Shown in pieces: positions 27,249 to 36,764 of a stretch of DNA of 64,000 nt (positions are counted from its first letter, which is position 1; the number at the start of each line of letters is the position of its first letter). Location of the stretch: assembly GCA_027459485.1 (NCBI GenBank), contig DAIDIG010000002.1, positions 159,597 to 223,596 on the forward strand. Reading direction: 5' to 3'. Made by a program: the position numbers and the translations under genes. A model generated the notes under the pieces. That model was not told the DNA's origin. It was given only the letters and a program-made list of their open reading frames with translations, and made no database searches. The DNA comes from Bdellovibrionales bacterium. GTDB lineage: Bacteria; Bdellovibrionota; Bdellovibrionia; Bdellovibrionales; UBA1609.

Positions 27249-28774
27249 GCCATGGCCTCCTTGCGCGCGTTACCGACCGCAAGTTGCATGAGCGCCACCT
27301 GCGAAAATTGCTCACGCGCGAGTATGCCCATTAATTGCCCCTCGCGCATCATCGCAATGCGGTCGCTGAGCGCCATCAGCTCTGGCAAATCCGACGAAAT
27401 CATGAGAATGCTTCGCCCTTGCGTCGCCAATTGAAAAATAATTTCATAAATTTCGGACTTTGCTTTGACGTCGATACCGCGAGTTGGTTCATCGAGAATA
27501 ATTAATTTCGCGTCGGTATCCATTGCGCGGGCAATGATAACTTTTTGCTGGTTGCCACCTGAAAGTTGCGAGATCGACTGATCGAGAGAGGAGTGCTTCG
27601 TGCTCAGCTCCCCAAGGCGGGTACGAGCGCGTTCGGTTTCGCCCGTGTGATTAATGCGCAAACCGCGAAAAAAAACCGCAAGTCGTGAAATGCCGGCATT
27701 TTCGATGAGCGAGCGTTCGGGCAAAATGCTTTCACCTTTGCGATCTTCGCTGACGTAACTCAGCCCGCGCCGAAGTGCCGCTTGAGGAGTCAAAAACTTC
27801 ACGACCTCATCGAGAAACCGAACTTCGCCGCCCAGCTGCTCGGCTGTTTCGTCGCCGAAAATCGCTTTTACGAGTTCGGTACGGCCGGCACCGAGCAGTC
27901 CGCCAATGCCAAATATTTCGCCGGCACGTATTTGAAAGCTTAAAGGCCCAAGTACAATTGCGCGCTCGGGTAGTCGCGCCCTGTATTCATTCAACTCAAG
28001 AATGGGATTGCCGAACTTACGCTTCGGTGCAGGCGGGTATATGTTTTGAATTGCGCGACCTACCATGTGTTCGATCAAGCCGTCCGGATTCGTTTCGGTC
28101 GTCATGAAGGAGCAGACCGTTTGGCCATCGCGTAAGACAGTCAGGCGATCGCAAAGCGCGAAAATTTCTTCCATCTTGTGGCTGATGTAAACCATTGCCT
28201 TGCCTTGCAGCCGCAAGTCTCGAAGTAGCTGAAAAAGTTTTGCGCTCTCTGTCGGTGTGAGACTTGAGGTCGGCTCGTCTAAGATCAAAACCTTGGATTG
28301 CCTCGATAGTGCTTTGGCAATTTCTATCAATTGTTGCGTACCGATGCTGAGGTCACCGATTTTTTCGTCTGCCCGGCAGGGTGCTCCCACTGTGTCGAGC
28401 CAGGTTTGGGCCATTTGATTTAGACGCTGCCAATCGACCATACCGCTGGCGGCTTTCGGCCAATGCCCGACGAATAGATTTTCCGCTACAGTCAGGTCTG
28501 GAAAGGTAGAAAGCTCTTGATGAATGATTGCGACGCCGTGACTTTCGGCATCTGAAGGGGAACTGAATGCGACGGGCGTGCCGTCTATGGTGATTTGCCC
28601 TTCGTATGTGCCGTTGGCGTACACTCCCGACAGAATTTTCATGAGCGTCGATTTACCGGCGCCGTTTTCGCCGATGAGGCCCAGAATTTCTCCGGACCGA
28701 ATGGTTAAATCGACATTGTCGAGGGCCTTCACTCCAGGGAAGAGCTTGGTGACGCCCTTGAGCTCAACGATCAT
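27245..28774 (-). CDS. xylG: Sugar ABC transporter ATPase, XylG-like (two ABC domains)
   Basis: GENGAGKST, SGVY..GTYEG, LDEPT, LSGGNQQK, SSDLPEL. Confidence 0.85.
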   Translation of the reverse strand: MIVELKGVTKLFPGVKALDNVDLTIRSGEILGLIGENGAGKSTLMKILSGVYANGTYEGQITIDGTPVAFSSPSDAESHGVAIIHQELSTFPDLTVAENLFVGHWPKAASGMVDWQRLNQMAQTWLDTVGAPCRADEKIGDLSIGTQQLIEIAKALSRQSKVLILDEPTSSLTPTESAKLFQLLRDLRLQGKAMVYISHKMEEIFALCDRLTVLRDGQTVCSFMTTETNPDGLIEHMVGRAIQNIYPPAPKRKFGNPILELNEYRARLPERAIVLGPLSFQIRAGEIFGIGGLLGAGRTELVKAIFGDETAEQLGGEVRFLDEVVKFLTPQAALRRGLSYVSEDRKGESILPERSLIENAGISRLAVFFRGLRINHTGETERARTRLGELSTKHSSLDQSISQLSGGNQQKVIIARAMDTDAKLIILDEPTRGIDVKAKSEIYEIIFQLATQGRSILMISSDLPELMALSDRIAMMREGQLMGILAREQFSQVALMQLAVGNARKEAMA

Positions 28775-28785
28775 GACGACGAGCC

Positions 28786-29805
28786 CTAGTGTCCGTAAAT
28801 TTCAGCGTGAGTGTGAAAGCCCGATTTGATAATACGCTGGTCAATGTTGCCCTTATCGATTAGGTACACCGGTATCGTATCCATCGGCACTTCGAAGCGG
28901 CCGTTTTTGAATTCTACTGTTTTCGTTTCATTGAGAGCGATTTTTTGCTTGAGCGCCAGTTTGTAGGCGATGTCGGCCGAATCGCGCGCCATTTTTTCGA
29001 TATCCTGCATGACGTCTACTTGTTGTTTGCCGGCCACGATATTTTTGATGGCCGCGACATCGGCATCGGCGCCCGCAACAAAAACTTTACCCGCGAGCTT
29101 TTGTTCGTTCAATGCTTGAACGGCGGCATTGGCCATCCCCGAGTTATTACAGAGTACGGCTTGAATATTATTATTGTAGCGTGCCAGTGCGTTTTCAACG
29201 GTAGCGAGTGCGAGCGAGGGGCTCCAGTTTTCATGATTCTTTTCAACAACGATATGAATGTCGGGATATTTGCTGAGAACTGAGTGATAACCGCGCGTGA
29301 TTTCAGTCGCGATATTGTGACCGGCCTGGCCCAAAACAAGAACGTAGTTGCCTTTACCATGGGTCGCTTTGACGGCTGCTTCGGCTTGTAAGACGCCAAT
29401 CTTAAACGCGTTCTCAGTGATGTAGTAATCAATCGGTGAATTACTGATGACCCGGTCATACGCAATGACCGGAACATTGTCATCGTGAGCCATGCGCACC
29501 AAATTGGTAGCTGCATTCGAATTGACTGGCTGTATGACTAAAGCTTTTACGCCTTCGCTCAAGAGGTTTTCGACTTTCGCGGTTTGTGTTTGCGGGTTGT
29601 TATCGGCAGACACGACAACCGGTTTAAACCCCAATTTGTGAGCCTCATTTACAAAATATTTTTGATCTTTGATGTAGCGCTCCTCTTGGAGCGTTGAAAG
29701 CACAAAACCGATTTTGGGTTCGGTTGCGGCCGCGGCGTTGGCGGCTGGCCCGAGAACGCAGCAAACAGATAAAAGTCCTAACAAAAACAAAATAGATCCG
29801 TTCAT
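28786..29805 (-). CDS. xylF: Sugar ABC substrate-binding protein, XylF-like
   Basis: Signal peptide; LQEERY.KD, VIAYDR, VAGADAD; sugar specificity is inferred. Confidence 0.8.
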   Translation of the reverse strand: MNGSILFLLGLLSVCCVLGPAANAAAATEPKIGFVLSTLQEERYIKDQKYFVNEAHKLGFKPVVVSADNNPQTQTAKVENLLSEGVKALVIQPVNSNAATNLVRMAHDDNVPVIAYDRVISNSPIDYYITENAFKIGVLQAEAAVKATHGKGNYVLVLGQAGHNIATEITRGYHSVLSKYPDIHIVVEKNHENWSPSLALATVENALARYNNNIQAVLCNNSGMANAAVQALNEQKLAGKVFVAGADADVAAIKNIVAGKQQVDVMQDIEKMARDSADIAYKLALKQKIALNETKTVEFKNGRFEVPMDTIPVYLIDKGNIDQRIIKSGFHTHAEIYGH

Positions 29806-29831
29806 TTTGCAATTCCCCTTTTTCCGATGTG

Positions 29832-29876
29832 TGGAGCGTTCCCGCGAATATGGATTTGAATATGGTTAGTAGTCAA
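29832..29876 (-). promoter_or_regulatory. Sigma70-type promoter with LacI-family operator-like palindrome upstream of xylF
   Basis: TTGACT-N18-CATATT on the minus strand, followed by GGGAACGCTCCA (GGAnCGnTCC core). Confidence 0.5.
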
Positions 29877-29892
29877 TGTTAAAAACCACGAC

Positions 29893-30264
29893 ATGGTAAC
29901 TGTCGAAATGTGGTGTCGCAGCCGTAGTGGCGTAATTGCTGGCGTGTGTAAAGGTTTGGCCGAGCGAATCGACATAGATGTAATTTTCGTACGTTTGGTG
30001 TGGGCACTTGCCGTTCTCTTGGCCGGCGCGGGGCTCGGCCTGTATTTACTACTCGCAGTCAGCTTGCCGCGCGAAGATCGTTTGGATCAAGCATACAACT
30101 CGCGAGTCTTCGGAGTGGCGGCGCGATTCGCAAGACGATTCGAACTTGATGTTGGTCTGACGCGCGCGGCATTTGTTTTTTTACTTTTCGCAACCGGTGG
30201 CACGATGCTCCTCGCCTACTTAATCATGTATTTTATTTTGCCGAGCGAAGCCGAACTCCGCTAA
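29893..30264 (+). CDS. Tandem PspC-domain membrane protein
   Basis: RS..IAGVC.GLA....D...VR and a second RVFGVAA...D....R repeat ending Y.I.P. Confidence 0.85.
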   Translation: MVTVEMWCRSRSGVIAGVCKGLAERIDIDVIFVRLVWALAVLLAGAGLGLYLLLAVSLPREDRLDQAYNSRVFGVAARFARRFELDVGLTRAAFVFLLFATGGTMLLAYLIMYFILPSEAELR

Positions 30265-30287
30265 TATTGAATCCACGCAGGGAGGCA

Positions 30288-31361
30288 ATGAGTATGGCTT
30301 GGTATAAACGGCTGAACTGGGTGAATGCGATTTTTCTGATCGTAACTCCGGTGATTGTTTCAATTTTTATCCCGCTCAATATTATTTTTCACGGGTTCGA
30401 TTGGCGTTTGGTGCTGATTTTTATCCTCGGTTGTTTGGCGACCAGCGTTTCGATCACGGGCGGTTATCATCGCCTCTTCGCGCACCGAAGTTACGAAGCA
30501 AATTGGCTACTGAAGCTTTTTTATCTCGTTTTCGGAGCGGCCGCATTGCAGGGGTCGGCAATCAAATGGTGCAGCGACCATCGCCGCCACCACAAGCACG
30601 TCGATACCGACGTTGACCCTTACTCCATTAGTAAAGGATTTTTGTTCGCGCATGTCGGCTGGGTTTTTTTGAAAGATGACCCGCAGTATCGAGAGTTTCG
30701 ATCGCAAGACCTGAAAGCTGATCCGCTGGTGGTGTGGCAAAATAAATATTACTTTTTGCTGGCCGTAATCGTGGGGTTTGGCATTCCCACTCTGATCGGC
30801 CTCGCGTTCGGTTCGCCGTGGGGCGGTTTATTATGGGGCGGGTTCGCGCGCGTCGTGATCACGCACCACTGCACGTTTTTTATCAATTCGCTTTGCCACA
30901 TGTGGGGCAAGCAACCTTACGGTAAGAAAAATTCGGCGCGCGACAATTTCGTGCTCGCATTTTTCACTTATGGCGAAGGTTACCATAATTTTCATCACCG
31001 CTTTGAGGCCGATTATCGTAACGGCGTACGCTGGTATCAGTGGGATCCGACCAAATGGTGGATTCGCAGTTTGTCCTTCTTCAAACTCACGCGCAATTTA
31101 AAGCGCGTGCCGGATTCTGAAATTTTGAAGGCGCGTCTGCAAGCCGATGAGTCTCTCTTTATTGCGGCGGGTTCCTACAACGAGCGGTTGCGAGAGATAA
31201 AAACGAACATCGAGGAGCGGCTTCGTCAGATGGCCCAATTTCGAAAAGAAAAGCTCAAATTTGAATTTAAATCGGCGCGGATCGAGCTACGGGCGCTGCT
31301 CGCGCAGTGGCGTTTGGCGCGTCGTCTCTACGGCAAGCGACGGGTTGAGTTTGCCGCCTGA
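30288..31361 (+). CDS. Acyl-CoA/acyl-lipid delta-9 desaturase
   Basis: His boxes HRLFAH, HRRHH, HNFHH; WYQWDPTKW. Confidence 0.95.
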   Translation: MSMAWYKRLNWVNAIFLIVTPVIVSIFIPLNIIFHGFDWRLVLIFILGCLATSVSITGGYHRLFAHRSYEANWLLKLFYLVFGAAALQGSAIKWCSDHRRHHKHVDTDVDPYSISKGFLFAHVGWVFLKDDPQYREFRSQDLKADPLVVWQNKYYFLLAVIVGFGIPTLIGLAFGSPWGGLLWGGFARVVITHHCTFFINSLCHMWGKQPYGKKNSARDNFVLAFFTYGEGYHNFHHRFEADYRNGVRWYQWDPTKWWIRSLSFFKLTRNLKRVPDSEILKARLQADESLFIAAGSYNERLREIKTNIEERLRQMAQFRKEKLKFEFKSARIELRALLAQWRLARRLYGKRRVEFAA

Positions 31362-32255
31362 AATCAGGCGATTGTGAAAATTGTTAACCGCGGTCGCGGT
31401 TTGATCGATATGCTCAATGATTGTTTCGGGCGAGCGAACTTGCGGGTTCAACTGTAAGAATCGGGCCACCACGCCCGTCACGACCGCGGTTGCTTGGGAC
31501 GTTCCGCTCATCGCGCCCATTTCACCGCCCGGGAGTGTCGAGATCAAATTGTCGCCGGGCGCGGCGATGCTCACCGAGTGCTCTCCATAATTGCTGAAGT
31601 CGAGAAGATTTTGGCCGCTGTGATCGAGGGCGGCGACCGACAAAATATTCGATAGTTTGTACGAGGCCGGGTAAAAGCCGCTGATGTCGTTGTCACTGTG
31701 GTTATTGCCGGCCGCCGCTACAAAGAGTACGTTCGCGCGCGCAGCCTTTTCAATCGCCGCTTTTTCGTTGGCGTCGGGGTTGGCTCCGCCGCTAGAGAAA
31801 TTGATCACGCGCGCGTGCATCTTCACGGCATATCGGATGGCGGCCGTCGATGCGCGCAATGAGGCTGTCGGGAGCATGCCGCGTTCGTAGTACTTCAGCA
31901 CCATAAGTTGAATCGGGCGGCACGATGTACTCGCGATTTCGCGCTGGTTGCGAGGGCCGACTATTAGACCGGCCACGTGGGTCCCGTGCCCATGTTGATC
32001 GGCGAGGTTATTCGAACGATCGGCGAAATTCCAGCCATGAACATCGTCGACATAGCCGTTGGCATCGTCGTCGACTTGGTTGGTCGACTTGTTTTTGCCG
32101 AACGCATCTGTGCCTGTCTCACCCGGGTTTGTCCAAAGATGGCCTTTGAACCGAGGGTGATTCGGATCAAGGCCCGTATCAATGACGGCGACCACCACTG
32201 GTTGTGCGGCGGCACAGGTCACTGGCGTTATTTTGGGTGGGGGATAAGCATGCAT
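31287..32255 (-). CDS. Subtilisin-like S8 protease (catalytic domain only)
   Basis: VIDTG, HGTHVAG, AAAGN, SGTSQAT; ATG 32255 with SD AAGGAGG. Confidence 0.9.
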   Translation of the reverse strand: MHAYPPPKITPVTCAAAQPVVVAVIDTGLDPNHPRFKGHLWTNPGETGTDAFGKNKSTNQVDDDANGYVDDVHGWNFADRSNNLADQHGHGTHVAGLIVGPRNQREIASTSCRPIQLMVLKYYERGMLPTASLRASTAAIRYAVKMHARVINFSSGGANPDANEKAAIEKAARANVLFVAAAGNNHSDNDISGFYPASYKLSNILSVAALDHSGQNLLDFSNYGEHSVSIAAPGDNLISTLPGGEMGAMSGTSQATAVVTGVVARFLQLNPQVRSPETIIEHIDQTATAVNNFHNRLISGGKLNPSLAVETTRQTPLREQRP

Positions 32256-32351
32256 TCGTTGCCTCCTTCGCGCCGAAAGCGCGAGTGATTTCGGTTGCCC
32301 CTTTTGGCGTCGGGCCCCTTGCCCGAAGTTCATGGGGTAAGACTGGGGGAG

Positions 32352-32367
32352 TGCAACGGTTAGACCA
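32352..32367 (-). promoter_or_regulatory. Sigma54-type promoter of the S8 protease gene
   Basis: TGGTCT-AACCG-TTGCA (GG-N10-GC). Confidence 0.5.
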
Positions 32368-32561
32368 GGTGGTGAGAGCGTATTTTTCAGTTCGCTGAGA
32401 AATGTGTGCGGAGGTGAATGCAGACGACTGTCACGCGAACACGTGTTGATCGTTATCAGATGTCTATAAAAAACAGAGGGCTGTAGATTCAACTTCGCCG
32501 CTGTCAAGAGAGTGGACAGGTGTAAAAAATCGAATGGCTGAAACAGAAAAACGGAGGGAGT

Positions 32562-33752
32562 TTAGCCCGGTGGAATTGCGCCGGTTTTGGCGCGCCGACG
32601 TAAAAGGCGCGAGCACGGTGTCGCGTTCCATTTACGCACGATAAAATCGCGAGCCTGATTCATTTTCTGATTCAGCTTTTCAGTCGCCTGTTGAAACCGC
32701 TCGAGCGAGCGGGCAATCTGCGGATATCGTGCCAATATTCGATCGCCCCAAACGTAGAATAATCCGCCGGCTGCGGCTGAAATGAGAAACGGGGAGTTGG
32801 CCATGGCAAAATGAGCTAGACTGACAGAAGATCCGGCCATGACCATTTGAGGAACAAAATAGCCGACCGCCGTTCCGCGAATCGTATTAAAAACTGTATA
32901 AGCCTGGCGGCTGATGGGGCGTTCGCTGTCTTTTAACGGATCCCACTTACGCGAGAGAAGTGTCCAGCCAAATCCGCTGAAATAACCAAAGCCCGCTTTA
33001 CGTAAATTGTTGTACAGTGGGCCCGCTCCAAAAGCCTGAAGAAAAAGACTTTTTGAAGCATGTAGAACGTTCAGCAAAAATGCGATCGCACCGGGACCCG
33101 AATGCCAATGCGGCAAACTAAAATCAATGACAAACTGATAAGCGAGGTACGTGAGGTAAATCAAAGCGGCGTGTGAAAGATAAGGGCTTATTTTCGAAAC
33201 TTGCGTTTCAGTTAGCCGCGGTATCTTTCTGAGGCCCTTCGAAATCACGCTGCGCTCGACCAATTGCATGGCCTTCGTCCAACTGCCCGGTCGCAAATCC
33301 CAATATTTCATAAAGTAGAGGTTGAAAAGCGTAACGCCGGCTTTTTGCAGAAGCGTATGGGTGGGTGAAATAAAGTAGAGTCGATCTTCGTTGGCGTAGC
33401 TTAAAACCGTGATCGTCGTATTGAGTGAATCAGCCTGCTGCACGACAATGTCGGCGTCGGCTTTGGTCGGTTTGTCCGTCGCGGATTGGTCATCACTTGC
33501 CGGCGGTTCAGCCGCGACAAGAACCTTGGCGGACGGATCTTGTTTTAATACTTCGCGAGCAAGGTCATCAGGTGCGACGCCGTCGACCTCAGTCGTGAAC
33601 GCGAGCGCCGGATCCTCTAACGGCGGTGGATTTGCAGCTGTCGCCGCCTCATTAAGTGCGGACTCCGCATGCGCGATCGGCGCAATCGGCCCCGCGATAA
33701 CGAGAAGCGCGAGAATAAATGATAGGAGTTGATGCTTCTTACCCTCAAGCAT
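32562..33752 (-). CDS. Hypothetical exported/membrane protein
   Basis: Signal peptide ending AHA; several hydrophobic helices; C-terminal PCSRLL. Confidence 0.7.
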   Translation of the reverse strand: MLEGKKHQLLSFILALLVIAGPIAPIAHAESALNEAATAANPPPLEDPALAFTTEVDGVAPDDLAREVLKQDPSAKVLVAAEPPASDDQSATDKPTKADADIVVQQADSLNTTITVLSYANEDRLYFISPTHTLLQKAGVTLFNLYFMKYWDLRPGSWTKAMQLVERSVISKGLRKIPRLTETQVSKISPYLSHAALIYLTYLAYQFVIDFSLPHWHSGPGAIAFLLNVLHASKSLFLQAFGAGPLYNNLRKAGFGYFSGFGWTLLSRKWDPLKDSERPISRQAYTVFNTIRGTAVGYFVPQMVMAGSSVSLAHFAMANSPFLISAAAGGLFYVWGDRILARYPQIARSLERFQQATEKLNQKMNQARDFIVRKWNATPCSRLLRRRAKTGAIPPG

Positions 33753-33852
33753 GGCCGGCGAATGTATACTGTTATTGGGCGATTTGCATACGGATATTTT
33801 TCACAAAGTGAATGAAATGTAGGCAGTAATTTGTATCGTTGATTTGCGGGGC

Positions 33853-34620
33853 TTACCACCCGTTTCGCGCGGTCCGAACTGCCGTGAATTCTTCAACAGT
33901 GTGGGCGCGTAGAAACAAATTGTGATGCCGTTCAGAATCGATCGTTATAGGCACGGTGGGGCGGCCGTGGCGGCGCCTTTCGGCGAGTTGTTCGCGCAGT
34001 TGCAAATACGGAGCGATCGAACGGTCGTCGTGCGTGCGGCGAAGATAGTCGATGGTGAAATCCAGATTGTTGAGCGTATACTCGTGCGCACAATAGACCC
34101 GCGTATCGGGCGGGAGATTCTTCAGCTTTGCAAGAGACCCGAACATTTGGGCGAATGTCCCTTCGAACAGCCGGCCACAGCCGAACGAAAAGAGCACGTC
34201 TCCGCAAAAAAGAACGGGTGCTTGGTATGTGTTGCGGTTTTCTGAATGAATGCCGACGTCGTGGGCAAAAAAAGCCAAGTGATCCAGCGTGTGGCCGGGC
34301 ACGTAAAGAGTTTGCCACTCGCGGTTTCCGAACTGAAAGAAATCGCCTTCATGCAAAACGCGATCAATCTCGATGCCTATTGCGGCTAAACTGGACGGCC
34401 CAAGAATCTTCGATTTTGGGTGGTGCTCTTTGAGATCGGCGATTCCGCCTGAGTGATCCGGGTGATGATGAGTCGCAACGATCAGATCCAGAATTAAATT
34501 GGAGCGCGCTAAAAAATCGAGGACCGGAGCTGCGTCGCCCGGATCGACGACCATCGCATGCCCGTTGGCTTCGACGATAAATATATAGTTATCTTGAAAG
34601 GCGGGGACCAGATGGATCAA
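33853..34620 (-). CDS. gloB: Hydroxyacylglutathione hydrolase (glyoxalase II)
   Basis: DNY, VDPGDA, THHHPDHSGG, PGHT.DH, FCGD.LF..GCGR.FEG, CAHEYT; TTG start after AGGAGG. Confidence 0.96.
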   Translation of the reverse strand: MIHLVPAFQDNYIFIVEANGHAMVVDPGDAAPVLDFLARSNLILDLIVATHHHPDHSGGIADLKEHHPKSKILGPSSLAAIGIEIDRVLHEGDFFQFGNREWQTLYVPGHTLDHLAFFAHDVGIHSENRNTYQAPVLFCGDVLFSFGCGRLFEGTFAQMFGSLAKLKNLPPDTRVYCAHEYTLNNLDFTIDYLRRTHDDRSIAPYLQLREQLAERRRHGRPTVPITIDSERHHNLFLRAHTVEEFTAVRTARNGW

Positions 34621-34843
34621 AATACCTCCTCATACATGCGCGGATTTTCGCAGCTCAAACTTTACGGATGCAATTGCAATGCCGTCAAATCTTTAGACAG
34701 ACCGCTGCCGAATTTCGGCGGTTGGGGCCATAGATCGAAGCTGTGCTGCCTTTAAATTTGCGGGCGAGATACCCGGAGCGGGCCCGCCAATTGCAAAGAC
34801 CGAGATTGGATATGAGCCGCAGGCTCTATCAAGGAGTATTAAG

Positions 34844-35290
34844 ATGGGAAAAAAATCATTCGTAATTTTAGCGGCCGTTTTGACTCTCGCCGGTACCGTG
34901 GCCATGGCAAAAGTATCAACCCGCGATTGCCTGAAGGACGTAATCAATCACCCGAGCAAAAACTCAATGGATCAGATTGACCCCTCCATTCAAAAGTTAA
35001 ACACCGCGATGGGTGATTTTTTTGCAAAGACAGAAACGGGCCAGTTTTATAATGCCAATAATTTCGGCCTTGTGGTTAGGGACTGCAGAATTACCAAAAC
35101 GATCGCCGATGACGGGACGGCCTCGTCACAGCTCAGTGTTGAGTTGCAACGCGGAGATCAGAAACAACACAAGCTTTTTCCCGGCACTCAATCGCTGGTC
35201 ATTCGCGGCGACGCTTCGCGATCTGAATTTTTGCGTCAGGTAAAAGATGCCGCAGATCGATTAAACAGTATTCAACAACAAAATATTTAA
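34844..35290 (+). CDS. Secreted hypothetical protein
   Basis: Signal peptide ending AMA; SD AAGGAG; two Cys. Confidence 0.75.
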   Translation: MGKKSFVILAAVLTLAGTVAMAKVSTRDCLKDVINHPSKNSMDQIDPSIQKLNTAMGDFFAKTETGQFYNANNFGLVVRDCRITKTIADDGTASSQLSVELQRGDQKQHKLFPGTQSLVIRGDASRSEFLRQVKDAADRLNSIQQQNI

Positions 35291-35307
35291 AGTTTATTTA
35301 TCGAGTT

Positions 35308-36693
35308 TTAAAATATTTTGCCCGGGTTTAAAATCGAATCCGGGTCGAATACGCGCTTGATATCTTTCATTAGCGAAATTTCGGCGGCGGATCGCGTGTG
35401 ATGAAGAAATGGCTTTTTCACGAGGCCGACACCGTGCTCGGCTGAAACACTCCCTTCGAACTTTTCGATCACATCAAACATTTTCTCATCGACTTTTTTG
35501 CAGCGCTCGACGAACTCGGTGCTTGAAAGCGAGTCCGGCTTCAATATATTGACGTGCAAATTGCCGTCGCCCACATGACCGAACCAAACAACTTCGAAGT
35601 CGGGGTGCTCGTGAGCGATCACAGCGGTCATCTCGTTTAAAAATTCGGGTACGCGCGAAACGCGCACCGAAATATCGTTCTTATACGGCTGCTTGTGACT
35701 GGTCGCCTCGGTGATGTTTTCGCGAAGGGCCCAGAGCTCCGCCGCTTGTTGTGGCGATTGGCTGATCACTCCATCCACGATCAAACCTTCTTCGAGCAGC
35801 CGGCCGAATTCTTCGGTCGCCTGTTCGATGTAAGCGTCGGACTCGTGCTCGAGTTCAAGTAAAACATAATATTTCGCGGGCGTTGAAAACGGCGCGCGCG
35901 CACCGTGAGCGGCGGTGTAAGTGAGCGCCAGATCGGTGAACATTTCGTAGGCAAAAATGTTAAATCGTGATTTGTACCGCGAGTAGATCTCCATAATAGC
36001 CGCAAGATCGTTGGTGCCCATTACAAACACGGTAAAGTCTTTGGGAGGTTTCGTGAGTCCAACCGTAACTTCGGTGATGATGCCGAGTGTGCCTTCGCTG
36101 CCGATGAAAAGTTGGCGCAAATCGTAGCCGGTGGCGTTTTTCACGAGTGAGCGGTTCAGTTCTAGAATTTCACCTCGCCCGGTCACGACCTTAAGCCCGG
36201 TCACCCAATGACGGGTTAAACCATAGCGAATCACTTTGATGCCGCCGGCATTGGTCGCGACGTTGCCGCCGATTTGACTCGAACCGCGAGCCGCAAAATC
36301 GACCGGATAATAAAACCCGTGCTCACGCGCATACTTTTGTATCTGTTCGGTGATCACTCCCGCTTCACATCGAAGAGTTTGATCGAACGAGTCCAGTTCA
36401 AGAATACGGTTCATGCGGCTCAAACTCACAACCACTTCGCGGTTGGTAGCAAAAGCGCCGCCGCTGAGGCCCGTGCGCCCACCTGAGGGCACAAGCGCCG
36501 TTTTCGTGCGGCGAGCCCATTGCACAATGGTTTTCACCTGTTCGGTCGATCGCGGCAATAAGATGGCGGTCGGGTTGGGGGTGAAGTGTTTTGTCCAATC
36601 TTTGCCGTAGGTTTTGAGACTTTCGGCGTCTGTGAGAGTCTCGACGTCTGCGAGGGAGTCTGCTTCAGGTACGTGAGAATTATGAGAACTCAT
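35308..36693 (-). CDS. FAD-linked oxidoreductase (D-2-hydroxyglutarate/D-lactate dehydrogenase, GlcD family)
   Basis: PSGGRTGLSGG, GGNVATNAGG, GSEGTLG, GHVGDGNLH, SAEHGVG, LNPGK. Confidence 0.93.
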   Translation of the reverse strand: MSSHNSHVPEADSLADVETLTDAESLKTYGKDWTKHFTPNPTAILLPRSTEQVKTIVQWARRTKTALVPSGGRTGLSGGAFATNREVVVSLSRMNRILELDSFDQTLRCEAGVITEQIQKYAREHGFYYPVDFAARGSSQIGGNVATNAGGIKVIRYGLTRHWVTGLKVVTGRGEILELNRSLVKNATGYDLRQLFIGSEGTLGIITEVTVGLTKPPKDFTVFVMGTNDLAAIMEIYSRYKSRFNIFAYEMFTDLALTYTAAHGARAPFSTPAKYYVLLELEHESDAYIEQATEEFGRLLEEGLIVDGVISQSPQQAAELWALRENITEATSHKQPYKNDISVRVSRVPEFLNEMTAVIAHEHPDFEVVWFGHVGDGNLHVNILKPDSLSSTEFVERCKKVDEKMFDVIEKFEGSVSAEHGVGLVKKPFLHHTRSAAEISLMKDIKRVFDPDSILNPGKIF

Positions 36694-36764
36694 TCGCAAT
36701 ATCCTTGAAGATTCGTCACGCGGGGCCTATCGTAAGTCTTTAACCACTACAAGATCATAAAGAT

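Noticed and set aside
32256-32335. Possible c-di-GMP-I riboswitch in the protease leader (GGGCAA...GACGCCAAA)
   Set aside because: Lacks the GAAA tetraloop/receptor and P1 arrangement; kept only as generic hairpins
34695-34790. GC hairpins between gloB and the secreted gene
   Set aside because: Short stems expected by chance at this GC content; no recognisable RNA motif
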